Positions 35,628-46,972 of a DNA stretch of 64,000 bases are shown here, one piece after another. The notes beneath the pieces were generated by a model, which saw nothing but the letters and a program-made list of their open reading frames with translations, was not told the DNA's origin and made no database searches. The stretch is from Octopus sinensis (Eukaryota), in the NCBI RefSeq assembly GCF_006345805.1, contig NC_043006.1:7936001-8000000 (forward strand), given 5' to 3'. A program made the translations under genes and the position numbers. Numbering within the stretch: the stretch's first letter is position 1; every line of letters starts with the position of its first letter.

Positions 35628-36676
35628 AATATTCATTATTCATATATAAATATATATAAAGGTATATAATTATGCGTATATACATATATATGTGTATATA
35701 TATGTGTGTGTGTACATATATATACGCATATATTGTGCAGCTATATATATAGAGAGATAGTTAGATAAATATGCACGCGGATCTTTTCATACGCCCGTGT
35801 ATATTGTATTTATCTACGTTTATACAAACGCACCTACACACATAAACATACACACATACACACACCCATACACCCACACAGACATATGCATGCCGCAGCC
35901 ACAGACACACATATATGTCCGTTTGTTTTATATCATATTTGTGCTTGTGTGTATGTATATATACATACATATATATGTAATATATGCGTGGTTGGGTATA
36001 ATATATGTAATGTATTACTTACACTTTCAAAATCTCATAAGGACTCTCATACTATTTTCGCTATATTATTCGCGGTATTTACAAAGCAGTATGCTAATGC
36101 CGTGTTTCAAACATTTATCATTTGAAGACTCACTGTAAACACGAACAGGAAATGCCTGTAAAATATTTACGCCGACGAACATTTAACAAGAGAACAGCTC
36201 TAATGCAGTAACTCCAGCAGACACGGCTTCAATGTTTGTTCCATTAACAATGCACAAATTACTTCTACGAACAATATAGTACCTAAAAAAAAAAATCAAA
36301 TAAGCATAATAGCTGTTGCCTATGCCAGTAACTTAAACATAGGAAACTAGGTCGCAATGAAGGAAGTAATAAGGAGAAAAAAATTATTTGCACCTTCACT
36401 AATTTAACAAAGACGAAAATCGACATTAAGCTTGAACAGAATCTATCCTGAGGGAACATGTAACGTAATGCAGACCCACATAAAAGATGCATGTTAAATC
36501 TCTATGATCGAAATTAATAATAATCTTCGAACAGATAGTATTTGTTACGGTTGATTTCTTTTTTTTTTCAATATCATTAGAAGATGGAATTGATGATGTA
36601 ATGATGCGAAACCATGACGTTCTTCAAGCCAATTAGTACAACCTGACTTAATAGGCTTTGCTTTCAAGAATAAATT

Positions 36677-36827
36677 TTAGCAAGAATAAAATCCATTTCC
36701 CTTCTGATTGGAAAATAAATATTCAAAGAAAAATGGATCGCTTAGTCTTCTCTCCAGAATACAGAGATATTCCTGGTGAAATATAAAACAATCGTGAGAA
36801 GAAATACCAGAATCAAGAATTCCCAAT
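36677..36827 (-). other. Candidate terminal or non-coding exon
   Basis: Strong acceptor ttaac-ctttgacttgttttgcag|; all frames stop within 151 nt (WEFLILVFLLTIVLYFTRNISVFWRED* or LGILDSGISSHDCF...SC*). Confidence 0.2.
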
Positions 36828-37110
36828 CTGCAAAACAAGTCAAAGGTTAAAGTTCAATGAAATTTTGATGAGGTAGAGTTTTGATAAATTGATATATATT
36901 TTTGAGTAAATCAATAAAAAATAATTAATTCAAAATATTACGAACATTAACTGCGAACTGACAGAACCGTTGGCATGCGGAGCAAAAAATCTGAGCAGCA
37001 TTTCGTCTGCCTTTACTGGCCTTGCGCCAAAATTTTAAAATTAATATTACATGGGAGCATATATTGGAAAATAAACAGAACAAATAAATAATTGAACCCA
37101 GAAAATAAGT

Positions 37111-37395
37111 AGGTAAGTGGCAGTGGTTAGAGCAACGGACTCGCGGTTTCGATTCCCAGAGCGGGCTTTGTGTGTGTTTATTGAGCGAAAACTTCACGAG
37201 GCTCCGGCAGTGGATGGCGGCGACCCCTGTTGTACTCTTTCGCCCCAACTTTCTTTCACTCTTTATTCCTGTTTCTAGAGTAACACTGCGATGGACTGGC
37301 ATCCCGTCCAGCTGAGGGAGGGGGGAACACATACGCCATAGAAACCGGGAAACCGGACCCATGAGCCTGGCTAGGCTTGAAAAGGGCCCATAAAT
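37111..37395 (+). mobile_element. SINE head A with tail T1
   Basis: Decayed head A, then gagtaacactgcgatggactggcatccc...ctaggcttgaaaaggg. Confidence 0.8.
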
Positions 37396-37711
37396 AAAAA
37401 ATTTTTTTAAATGGCTGAAGATCTCTCACGTAGGAGACCAATCACACGGGGCGCTAAACTTTCTGGTAATCTGGATAGAAAACAGTATTATGCATAATCT
37501 ATTCAGAAAGACGAATAATAACATATTAGCAGTTTTAATTGTAATCAACCTATGAAACGTCTTTATCTCGGTGGCTAACAATAAACTATAGTTATATCAG
37601 CCTGGGTTTCCCAACGGAAAGACAGGAAAATGTGGAGTGAGTATTAGGTCCCCAGTATCATAAATAAGCGATAAAATCAATCTTATATTTATTGGCTGCT
37701 TGTAGCCAATT

Positions 37712-37730
37712 ATTGTTGTTGTTGTTGTTA

Positions 37731-37790
<60 letters not shown>
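37712..37790. repeat. (GTT)n/(TTA)n microsatellite
   Basis: Direct reading. Confidence 0.95.
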
Positions 37791-37795
<5 letters not shown>

Positions 37796-38206
37796 TAGTT
37801 TTATTTTTATTTTTATAGCGTGCTTTCACTTCACTACCGAGCGCAGCTCTGTGTGCCTTGGGTATGTGCTGTGATTTGTTGTGATGCTCTGATGGTTATT
37901 GTATGGAAAGTGTTCTGCGTAGGATGTGTGCAGTGCCTAGTAGTGCAATTTTCTGTATGTTATATGTGTTTGTAAGTCCTGGTGTCTTTGTTATGTATTT
38001 GTCTGAATATTTTTTTATCATGCCTAAGGCACCTACTATGATAGGAATTGTTTCTGTTTTTAGATTCCACATTCTGGTTACCTCTGTTTCCAGGTCTTTG
38101 TATTTTGAAAGTTTCTCCATTTCTTTTAGAGACACGTTGTCATCCGCTGGTATTGATACATCAATTAGAAAACATTTTTTTCTACATGATCTCTTACAAC
38201 TATATC
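37791..38206 (-). mobile_element. R4/Dong-type LINE 3' fragment embedded in (TAA)n
   Basis: LIDVSIPADDNVSLKEMEKLSKYKDLETEVTRMWNLKTETIPIIVGALG..RRTLSIQ*; close paralogue of 3470-3879. Confidence 0.9.
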
Positions 38207-38261
<55 letters not shown>

Positions 38262-38329
38262 TTTATTACTATTACTAATATTATTATTATTATTATTATT
38301 ATTGTTATTATTATTATTATTATTATTAC

Positions 38330-38380
<51 letters not shown>

Positions 38381-38384
38381 CATC
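38207..38384. repeat. (TTA)n microsatellite
   Basis: Direct reading. Confidence 0.95.
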
Positions 38385-38602
38385 AAGGTGGCAAGCTATC
38401 AGAATCGATAGTGCGCCGGTAAAAATGCTTAGCGGCATTTCGCCCGTTGCTACGTTCTGAGTCCAAATTCCGCCGAGGTCGACTTTACCTTTTATCCTTT
38501 TGAGGTCGATGAAATAAGTACCATTTGAGCACTGGCGTCGATGTAATTGACTCATCCCGTCCCCCAAAACTGCTGCCCTTGTGGCAAAAATTTGAAACAA
38601 CC
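38385..38602 (+). mobile_element. SINE family B1 in (TTA)n
   Basis: Head, core and B1 tail, followed by (att)n. Confidence 0.85.
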
Positions 38603-38646
38603 ATTATTATTATTATTATTATTATTATATTATTATTATTATTATT

Positions 38647-38870
38647 AAGGTGGTGAGCTGGCAGAATCGTTAGCACCCCGGGCGAAATGCTTAGTGGTAC
38701 TTCGTCTGCCGCTACGTTCTGACTTCAAATTCCACTGATGCCGACTTTGCCTTTCACCCTTTTGGGGTCAATAAATTAAGTAGCAGTGAAACACTGGGGT
38801 CGATATAATCGACTAGCACCCTCCCTCAAAATTTCAGGCCTTGTGCCTTAAGTGGAAAGGATTATTATTA
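38647..38870 (+). mobile_element. SINE family B1 in (TTA)n
   Basis: Head, core and tail aaaatttcaggccttgtgccttaagtggaaaggattattatta. Confidence 0.85.
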
Positions 38871-39534
38871 TTTCTATTTCCCTTTCTTCTGAATTATTTC
38901 TCTCACGTCCTAGCTCCGGTTCGCAGCTTAGAGTCGCTAAACTTTCCTCAAAACATATCCTGTTTCAAGTTATGCTACCAACTGAGTACTTTCTATGAAG
39001 TTTGGTCTTTGCACGTTTCATGCGAGAATATTGCTTTCTTTAAGATGGTCTCAGTTGCACTGATCACATTAGGTACCACACTCAACTTTGCGGCTCTCTG
39101 GATGCGTTTCATTTCCAATATTGGGTTTTGTTATTTCCCAATTTCCACGTTTTCTGTCTTTGCAATATTCTGGTCTGCAGAGAAGAGAATTTGATAGCCC
39201 TCTTTTTCAAAAAAGAGAGGGATATTTTCGCATGACCTCAAAAGAGGATGTGCAGGAAGCCGTGGGCGATGTGAAACAGGAATGTGCAAAGGACGACGAA
39301 ATGTTTTGCGAATTTTCTACGTCCGAATATTACTAACTGGTGGACTTATATCGAATAGTTACTATGTCCTCACCGATTTTGTCATAAAGATCATCTTGCT
39401 GTCTTACTTCCTCAAAGACGTGCGGCAAATATCCTGTATTTGGTGGTTATTGCAAAACAAGTTGTATGAGAGGACGGAATACATTTCTTTTCCTCTACGA
39501 TTAATCCCTTATCAACTTTTGCATCATAAGGGGG

Positions 39535-39751
39535 ATCAGCCATCTGAATGTGGCTAGGGACAGGGCGGGGTGGTGGGGGTGTTACTGATGCATTTAGCCC
39601 CAGGCGATCATCGACGTCACCAGAAGGGCTGACACCATCTCGGTGTCCTTGCCAGCCTGCAAAGGGAGATCAGCCTCCCCGAAGATACGGATACTACATA
39701 CGGACCGGTTTCGAGGTTATTGCCTCTTGTCAACGCATGGCAAGTACCGTT
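39535..39751 (-). ncRNA. Family P4 HHR-headed structured element with a fully formed hammerhead (39697-39739)
   Basis: CATGCG-TTGACAA-GAGG-caataa-CCTC-GAA-ACCGGT-C-CGTATG: GUC triplet, G10.1-C11.1, U3-A8 in place of C3-G8; followed by a series of hairpins. Confidence 0.8.
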
Positions 39752-39843
39752 CATTAGAATATAAAGGGGAGAGGGAGAAAAAGTGATGCCCTCCAGTAAA
39801 TCTGTTAAAAAAACAGAGTGTGGTAATGGTGAGAGTGGCCTCG

Positions 39844-39963
39844 CTAAGTGAGCCTACGTTCAATGTGTGACTCAACGTCATGGAAGGAATAGTTGAGGTC
39901 ACTTTCTGTTTGCTTTTGCGCTAACCGGAAATCATGTCCCAGGTGGCTGCACCATATTGGAAC
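39844..39963 (-). CDS. Candidate terminal coding exon, product unknown
   Basis: Acceptor ttttactttag|; VPIWCSHLGHDFRLAQKQTESDLNYSFHDVESHIERRLT*. Confidence 0.3.
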   Translation of the reverse strand, partial: VPIWCSHLGHDFRLAQKQTESDLNYSFHDVESHIERRLT

Positions 39964-40117
39964 CTAAAGTAAAATGTATATTTTTTTAGTTGTTATTATT
40001 GTTCTTTGTGCTGTTTGGTTTCTGTTGTAACACCAGCAGTTTTTTCTTGCTTTCAAATCATTTTAAGGTTACATCATTCAGCAGGGAGATTTAGCTGCAA
40101 ATTCTAAAGCGTCTAAC

Positions 40118-40252
40118 CTTTAAGATACGCGGCCTCTTTGCTGTTTTGTGTTGATGATGTTGCTGATGATGATCGTGGCTGTTGTGAGGATGCAGCTTAT
40201 GACGATGATGATGATGATGATGATGATATCGATTTCCTGTTCTAAATATCTT
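40118..40252 (-). CDS. Candidate His-rich exon, phase-compatible with 39844-39963
   Basis: ..TGNRYHHHHHHHRHKLHPHNSHDHHQQHHQHKTAKRPRILK|gttaga; 154-nt GT-AG intron; acceptor ambiguous; partly (CAT)n repeat. Confidence 0.2.
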
Positions 40253-41492
40253 CTGTCATTCAACCGGAAAGTGACTCAGTTATAAACTAAGCCGAGACAC
40301 ACACAAAGAAAGGGAAAAGTAAACAAATTCGTCTCTACCGAAACCTTTGCCCTTTGACCAACATTTGTAGTAACTTTACATATGAGTGTGTCGGCGTGTC
40401 CGTGTCTTTATGTGACGTAAATGTGTGCGCATGAATGTGTACGTGCGTGTGTATACTGAGACAGTGTGTGTCTTTTCATAACGGCGTTAACAGAAAAGAT
40501 AAAAATAAAATAAACCAAACAAAATGAGTGAAATATTTTTTGAAGTTGTTTCCACAGAAAGTTGCAACTCAAAACAGACTGAATACTTAAAGTAAAATAA
40601 AAAACCTACGTGTAAAAATGGAAAAAAGGTGGTTCGAGTTAAAAACGGTTTCAGTGATTGCATTAATGTGAATGAAAATATAAATAGCAAACAAAGCTAA
40701 CAAAAACTCTCTTGTGATCACATGCAAAATTCCAGAATCAATTAAAATCTGAGAAGTAAATCTGTACAATAGTATTTAAAACAGAAATGGAAAATTACAT
40801 CGATTAATGAAAGAATTTAGTTATTTGACAAAATATACCATTTAAAAGATATTAGTTTGATTGAAAAAACAGATTAACTCCACTTAAATATAAAGAAAAT
40901 TTTGTTTTTAATATATATTTTCTGAATTATTGTTTTCGTGACAAAAGACTGGGATTATTTCCATGAATGCTTTAGCTTAGTTTAAATCTTATATTCATAC
41001 AGAAAGATGCCAAATAAATTATAACCAAAATTGTTTTTTTGTTTTGTTAGTTTATTCTTTTTTCCATGTCAAAACTTTAAAGTAGGCTTTCCAAAGAATT
41101 AGGAATCGGGATTATTTTAAAACCTCTGACATAGCAATAAGTACAAAATAGAAGGGATTTTGACTGAAGTGCAATGAAAAGTTCCTATGTTTGGAATATT
41201 AGCAGAAGATTACCGAAAGATTAGAGTTTGGTTCTTGGTGAGCCTAGTCAGCGACATAGCTTCGATTCACAGTCGGAGCCATTTAATTTCCTTCGTATCA
41301 CTTATACTGAGACGAAATATTGCGACAAGCCTAATTAAGAGTGTGTTAAACAGTCAGTCGTTGACTAATTTTCATTTTCTTAGCACAGTTTCAAGTAAAA
41401 AGAAGTACCTAACTATTTCATTATATTACATTCATTACGTGGCAACTACAGCTGGCTGTTGTAATTACAACACTGAACACCAATTTCCTTAG

Positions 41493-41879
41493 TGGTGGAA
41501 GCACTCCGTCGGTTACGACGACGAGGGTTCCGGTTGATCCTATCAACAGAACAGCCTGCTCGTGAAATTAACGTGTAAGTGGCTGAGCACTCCACAGACA
41601 CGTGCACCCTTAACGTAGTTCTCGGGGATATTCAACGTGACACAGGGAGTGACAAGGCCGGCCCTTTGAAATACAGGTACAACAGAAACAGGAAGTAAGA
41701 GTGAGAGAAAGTTGTGGTGAAAGAGTACAGCAGGGATCACCACCATCCCCTGCCAGAGCCTCGTGGAGCTTTAGGTGTTTTCGCTCAATAAACACTCACA
41801 ACGCCCGGTCTGGGATTCGAAAGCGCGATCCTACGACCGCGAGTCCGCTGCCCTAACCACTGGGCCATTGCGCCTCTAC
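41493..41879 (-). mobile_element. SINE head A with tail T2 and a decayed target-site duplication
   Basis: Reverse complement of 8524-8909; flanks caatttccttag and catttccctag. Confidence 0.9.
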
Positions 41880-42964
41880 CATTTCCCTAGTTTATAAGGC
41901 TTGAATCAACACTTGAAGAGGAATGAATACTTACAGACTGACATCACTGACACACATGATAAGAAATCGAAGTAGTTAATGGCCTCTGAGTATGTTATTA
42001 TATTCACTTTATCTAGACAAGGTGGTCCCTAATTCGATTTAACTGCTGTAACACTATGTCCCGCGCAAAGTCTCAGTGCACAACCTTTGTCTCTAAGAAA
42101 ATCCGATTGGAATCGACGGGAGTGAAGTTGAGATTAGGAAAAGATATGAGTGAGGAGTGGAGTGAATGATCCAAAGCAGGAGATGATGTGTAAGGATCGG
42201 AAGTCTGGAACACAAGGTGGACAAAGAAAAAAAAGACTGGGAAATGGAGAGAGAAGGTAGTAAAAGCCAGAGTCTCAAGGAAAGTTAAAGGGAAAAAAAA
42301 AACGAGTAGGATGGTAAGGAGAAGGCATCAAAAAGCAACTGTACCTAGAAAGGAACAATTTACGAATGAAGACACTGGCGTTTTAATGCTTCCATGCACG
42401 GCCAAAGATACAAGTGTTTCAATTAGTTCTACATAATTTTCTAGCATGAATAGAAATGTAAAGTAGGGAAATAATTTTGCTATCAATATTAAATAGATTA
42501 TATTGAAACATGCACATGCTACTACACACACACACACACACATACACACAAACACTCACACACACACAAACACATACATACACACACTCACACACACACA
42601 CACACACAAACAAACAAACAAACAAACAAATTACTTCTAGATACAAATTTATTGACAGTTGTATGACTTGCAGTCCGACAACAGCTGTTCGGTTGGGTAT
42701 CGACTCGGATTTCAAGAACCCCTTTGGATAAAATGCCTCAATCAGGCGAGATTCAGTCACTCCAGATTCTAAAGGCTGCTCTCCATCTTCTGACTCAGGG
42801 ACAAGCTTTCTCCTCTCTTTGACATTTCTACCTTCAATACATTGGCTTGTTCTTTTCAGAGATAACTGATATCATACAATTTCCACTTATATATACCTGT
42901 CTTACTCATCTCACTTCTAGACGTCCCCCCTTTTGTGCTAACCTCAACCCACTGCACTAACCAT

Positions 42965-42984
<20 letters not shown>

Positions 42985-42997
<13 letters not shown>

Positions 42998-43320
42998 TTA
43001 GAGACAAAATCACTATTATGCAAATCAAACAAAGAAAGACTTAATCCAATACATAAAAAGTTTTATATAAATTAAATAAAATTAAATTCGCCTGATGAAT
43101 GTCCTTAGAAGAGACACGAAACAATTGCAGTGGCGAATTTAATTTTATTTAATTTATATAAAATTTTTTATGTATTGGATTAAGTCTTTCTTTGTTTGAT
43201 TTGCATAATAGTGGTTTTGTCTCTAATTAATATTATATAATATTTTACTATAAAATTGGATTCAGTCCTAAATCTGATTTTTCCCTGTAAATTTGGATTT
43301 ATTCCCTAATATTTATTATT
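42985..43320. mobile_element. Fold-back element family P3 with an HHR motif in the loop
   Basis: Arms 42985-43091 and 43133-43239 (107 bp, two mismatches); unpaired extension 43240-43320 runs to (TA)n. Confidence 0.85.
43084..43140 (+). ncRNA. Type I hammerhead motif at the hairpin apex, probably inactive as encoded
   Basis: AAATTCGC-CTGATGA-ATGTC-cttagaaga-GACAC-GAA-AC-aattgca-GT-G-GCGAATTT; position 17 is G; A10.1/C11.1 mismatch. Confidence 0.7.
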
Positions 43321-43450
43321 ATATATATATATATACCGCCTCAGAACATTGGACCTATGGAGGGCTCCCCTGCCTATATTTCTCTCTTTCAACTTACAGA
43401 TGTTGCTAGTCATGGTTACAGCCCATTCCCTCTTGGTTAAATAAAAGTTT

Positions 43451-43844
43451 CAAGTGTGGTTGCCAGGTAAGAAGTTTGCGTCGCTGTCGAATGGTTCTGG
43501 ATTCAATCCCACTGCGTTGTATCTTTGTCAAATGTTTTCTGTTATAGCATCGGGTCGACAAAGCCTTGCAAGTGCGTTTGGTGGACGGAAACTGAAAGAA
43601 GCCCTTCGTGTGTGTGTGTGTTTGTGACCGAGTTTGCTTCCCACACCCGCTTGACAAACGGTTTTGGTGTGTTTACTTTCCCCGTAACTTAGCGATTCGG
43701 CCAAAAGTGTCCGTTAGAATAAGTTCCAGGCTTAACAAAAACAATAACTGGGGTCTATGCATTCGACTAAAACTTCCTCAAGGAGGTTTCCCAGTATGGC
43801 TGCAGTCTAATGACTGAAACAAGAAAAAGATAGAAGATAAAGAT
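43451..43844 (+). mobile_element. SINE family C, divergent subfamily
   Basis: ggtagacggaaactgaaagaagcc-type core variant, internal (TG)n, tail atgactgaaacaag. Confidence 0.75.
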
Positions 43845-43875
43845 TAGTGAAAACTTAGAAATTCATGTGTTTTAA

Positions 43876-44044
43876 CACAGGAGTGGCTGTGTGGTAAGTA
43901 GCTTGCTAACCAACCACATGGTTGCGGGTTCAGTCCCACTGCGTGGCATCTTGGGCAAGTGTCTTCTGCTATAGCCCCGGGCCGACCAATGTCTTGTGAG
44001 TGGATTTGGTAGACGGAAACTGAAAGAAGCCTGTCGTATATATG

Positions 44045-44077
<33 letters not shown>

Positions 44078-44283
44078 TTGTGTGTCTGTGTTTGTCCCCC
44101 TAGCATTGCTTGACAACCGATGCTGGTGTGTCTACGTCCCCGCCACTTAGCGGTTCGGCAAAAGAGACCGATAGAATAAGTACTGGGCTTACAAAGAATA
44201 AGTTTGATCGACTAAAGTCGGTGCTCCAGCATGGCCGCAGTCAAATGACTGAAACAAGTAAAAGAGTAAAAGAGAGTAAAGAG
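43876..44283 (+). mobile_element. SINE family C
   Basis: tRNA-like head, ttgggcaagtgtcttc block, internal (TA)n(TG)n, tail (agtaaaag)n. Confidence 0.9.
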
Positions 44284-44288
44284 TTAAT

Positions 44289-44465
44289 AAGGCGCAGAGT
44301 TTGCGGAGTCGTTAGCAAGTTGTTCAAATGCCACCGATGTCGACTTTGTCTTTCATCCTTTCAGGGTCAATAAAATAGGTGCCACTTGAACATGGGGTCA
44401 ATATAATCGACTTACCCACTCTCCAAAACTTTCAGGTCTTGTGCTCGCAATAGAAAGGATTATAT
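44289..44465 (+). mobile_element. SINE family B1 with an internal deletion
   Basis: Head fragment, core and tail caggtcttgtgctcgcaatagaaaggatta. Confidence 0.7.
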
Positions 44466-44590
44466 AGCTATAGAGTGTGATCTAATAGAATGATTGTCTT
44501 CTATTATTGAACGTGTAACGTATATGATACAAGTATGATAAGGCTCCAATTTAAAGAAGCTTGTGATATATTCTGACTATCCATTTTTTA

Positions 44591-44763
44591 TATTGTTATA
44601 TTTCGGAATGGTCATATTGCCAGTTTAGCCAATAAAAACACACGCACTATATATGTGTTTTTATTGGCTAAACTGGCAATATGACCATTCCGAAATATAA
44701 CAATATCTGTTTCAACACACGACTTCACATAAAAAATCTTGCACAACAAATATTTAAACGTAC
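44591..44763. mobile_element. Fold-back element family P5, copy B
   Basis: Perfect 52-bp arms 44591-44642 and 44654-44705, 11-nt loop, single outer arm to 44763. Confidence 0.8.
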
Positions 44764-44865
44764 AATTTTTATATTTAACTTACTAAAGCAATATCTCTTG
44801 TCATAGGATGAGCGCTACAACTTACAATTGTCCATTCCCTGAAACCAATGGTATTGCTCCGCATA

Positions 44866-45030
44866 GGCGCAGGAGGGGCTGTGTGGTAAGTAGCTTGTTT
44901 ACTAACCACATGGTTCCGGGTTCAGTCCCACTGCGTGGCACCTTGGGCAAGCGTCTTCTACTATAGCCTCGGGCCGACCAAAGCCTTGTGAGTGGATTTG
45001 GTAGACGGAAACTGAAAGAAGCCCGTCGTA

Positions 45031-45091
<61 letters not shown>

Positions 45092-45300
45092 TTGTGTGTG
45101 TCTGTGTTTGTCCCCCTAGCATTGCTTGACAACCGATGCTGGTGTGTTTATTTCCCTGTCAATTAGCGGTTCGGCATAAGAGACCGATAGAATAAGTACT
45201 ACGCTTACAAAGAATAAGTCCCGGGGTCGAGTGGCTCGATTAAAGGCGGTGCTCCAGCATGGCCGCAGTCAAATGACTGAAACAAGTAAAAAAAAAAAAA
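44866..45300 (+). mobile_element. SINE family C
   Basis: Full head to tail with an A-run end. Confidence 0.9.
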
Positions 45301-45332
45301 ATATGGTGGATATTGCAGACCATAGAAGAATA

Positions 45333-46500
45333 TCTTACTATAATGGGTATTATGTCCGTTTGTCTGTCTGTTCCCTCTTCGCGGTCAAACGGCTGGACCA
45401 ATGGTAATGATATTTTTCGGGATTATGAAGGAGATAATCAGAAGGGTTTTTAGCGGAATAAAAAAAATATGTGAAGTATGATTATTTAGTAGATATTGAG
45501 TTTTGTATCAATAAATCGCCTTTGATTTATTTTTGCTAAAATTCCGGCGACGATGATTAACTCTGTTTTCTTCCCCCACCCCACCCGGTATAGTTCGTGA
45601 ATTTAAAGGGTTTAGATTTGCGATACTATCCTTTTATTTCCCATTGTAGATGGGTAGATTTGCTGTCTTACTATAATGGGCGTTATGTTCGTCGGTATGT
45701 CCGTCTGTCTGTCTCTTTGTTCACTCTTCACGGCCAGACGGCTCGACCAACGGTTACGATATTATTCGGGATTACAAAGACGGTGGTCAGAAAGGTTTTT
45801 AGCATTAAAAAAAATCAGGAAGCATGATTATTTCGTGGATATCGATTTTTGAATTGACAAGCCATCTTCGTATTTTTATTAAAAATTCACCTTCCATGGG
45901 TAACTCTGGCCCCATCGTAGATATGAAGGGGGTCGCAAAGACGGTTAAAAGCGAAAATAAAATGGAAAAGTGCGTGTCAGTATATAGCGTAAGTGATTAT
46001 TTAATGGTTATTGAAGTGTGTCAGTCTCGAGCAGGATTTGAAACGGCTAATAGAAGCGGCTGTTGTTTACATTTCAGTTTTGTCAATCACAATAACCCAT
46101 GGTACCAGAACATCCAGACATTAATCACATAGAACAGTGAGAGGTAAGTCGTAGTTTGATTTTTTGCAACCCTAAAGAATCCACTCGCACAGTCACAGCT
46201 AACAAGGCACCGGGCCAGACTTTTGATCGTGTAGGTGTATTTTTACCCACTCCGATGTTTATACACGGCCTGTTACACGTCGCTATGAGTAAAGCAACGG
46301 ACTCCAGTAATTTGAAAATTAGTGTCGACCAAACAGAAAATATTGTCTACAAAGAAGTTTTGTAATCATATTGATATTACCGAAAGGAATAGGATTCATA
46401 ATTTAAATAAGGAAATTCGTGAACTTTGAATGTATAAGAGTATAATCAAGCGTAAAATAGTGCAAACAACTAAAATTAAAGTATATCTAAATAACATTTT
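45333..46500 (+). mobile_element. Non-autonomous Helitron derivative with two 5' ends and a RepHel C-terminal remnant
   Basis: TC-starting termini tcttactataatggg..tgtccgt(t/c)tgtctgtc..acggct at 45333 and 45666. 46189-46365 encodes TANKAPGQTFDRVGVFLPTPMFIHGLLHVAMSKA..NIVYKEVL*, a PIF1-type helicase C-terminus. No CTRR 3' end seen. Confidence 0.8.
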
Positions 46501-46620
46501 TTTTCTTTAATACTTTTTATATAGTGGTTGAAGGAAGATCTGGTTTGGAGTGGTCTACATAACCATTGATGATATAGAGGTTGGGAGCCTGTTTCAGTTC
46601 GGGAGTGAATCGCCATTACA

Positions 46621-46972
46621 TGTGGGGATCTCATTCTCGCTCACAACATCATAAGCGGAAAGTGTAATCTCTCGAAAGAGCTGTTCTTCACTCCTGCTCC
46701 AGAGCGTCGGCTGCGGGGTCATTCCGAAAAGCTCTACCTGCGACGATTTCATCTCAATCGAAGGAGAGGAGCTTTCTCCGTCCGGGTTGCGGATCCGTGG
46801 AACAAGCTGCCAGACGAGATGGTGAAGATGCCGACAACCGCTCGGTTCAAAGTCTCCCTTGACCTCAAGTGGCCTGAACTCTTTACATGAACACCACCCT
46901 ATACTTAACTCCATGTCCCCCTACATGGCCTTGCTATTTGCTTTTGAGCCAAAAATTAACTAACTAACTAAC
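46621..46972 (+). mobile_element. CR1-type LINE 3' fragment with an (AACT)n tail
   Basis: GDLILAHNIISGKCNLSKELFFTPAPERRLRGHSEKL..FSVRVADPWNKLPDEMV..*, stop at 46888-46890. Confidence 0.85.

Noticed and set aside
36790-36827. LGILDSGI resembling a subtilase Asp motif
   Set aside because: No His or Ser motifs nearby, and the frame stops after 49 codons.
38900-39530. Possible APE endonuclease remnant downstream of P4 on the minus strand
   Set aside because: Resemblance (YLPHVFEEVRQQDDLYDKI) is weak and the N-terminal motifs are absent; kept only as an alternative hypothesis for P4.
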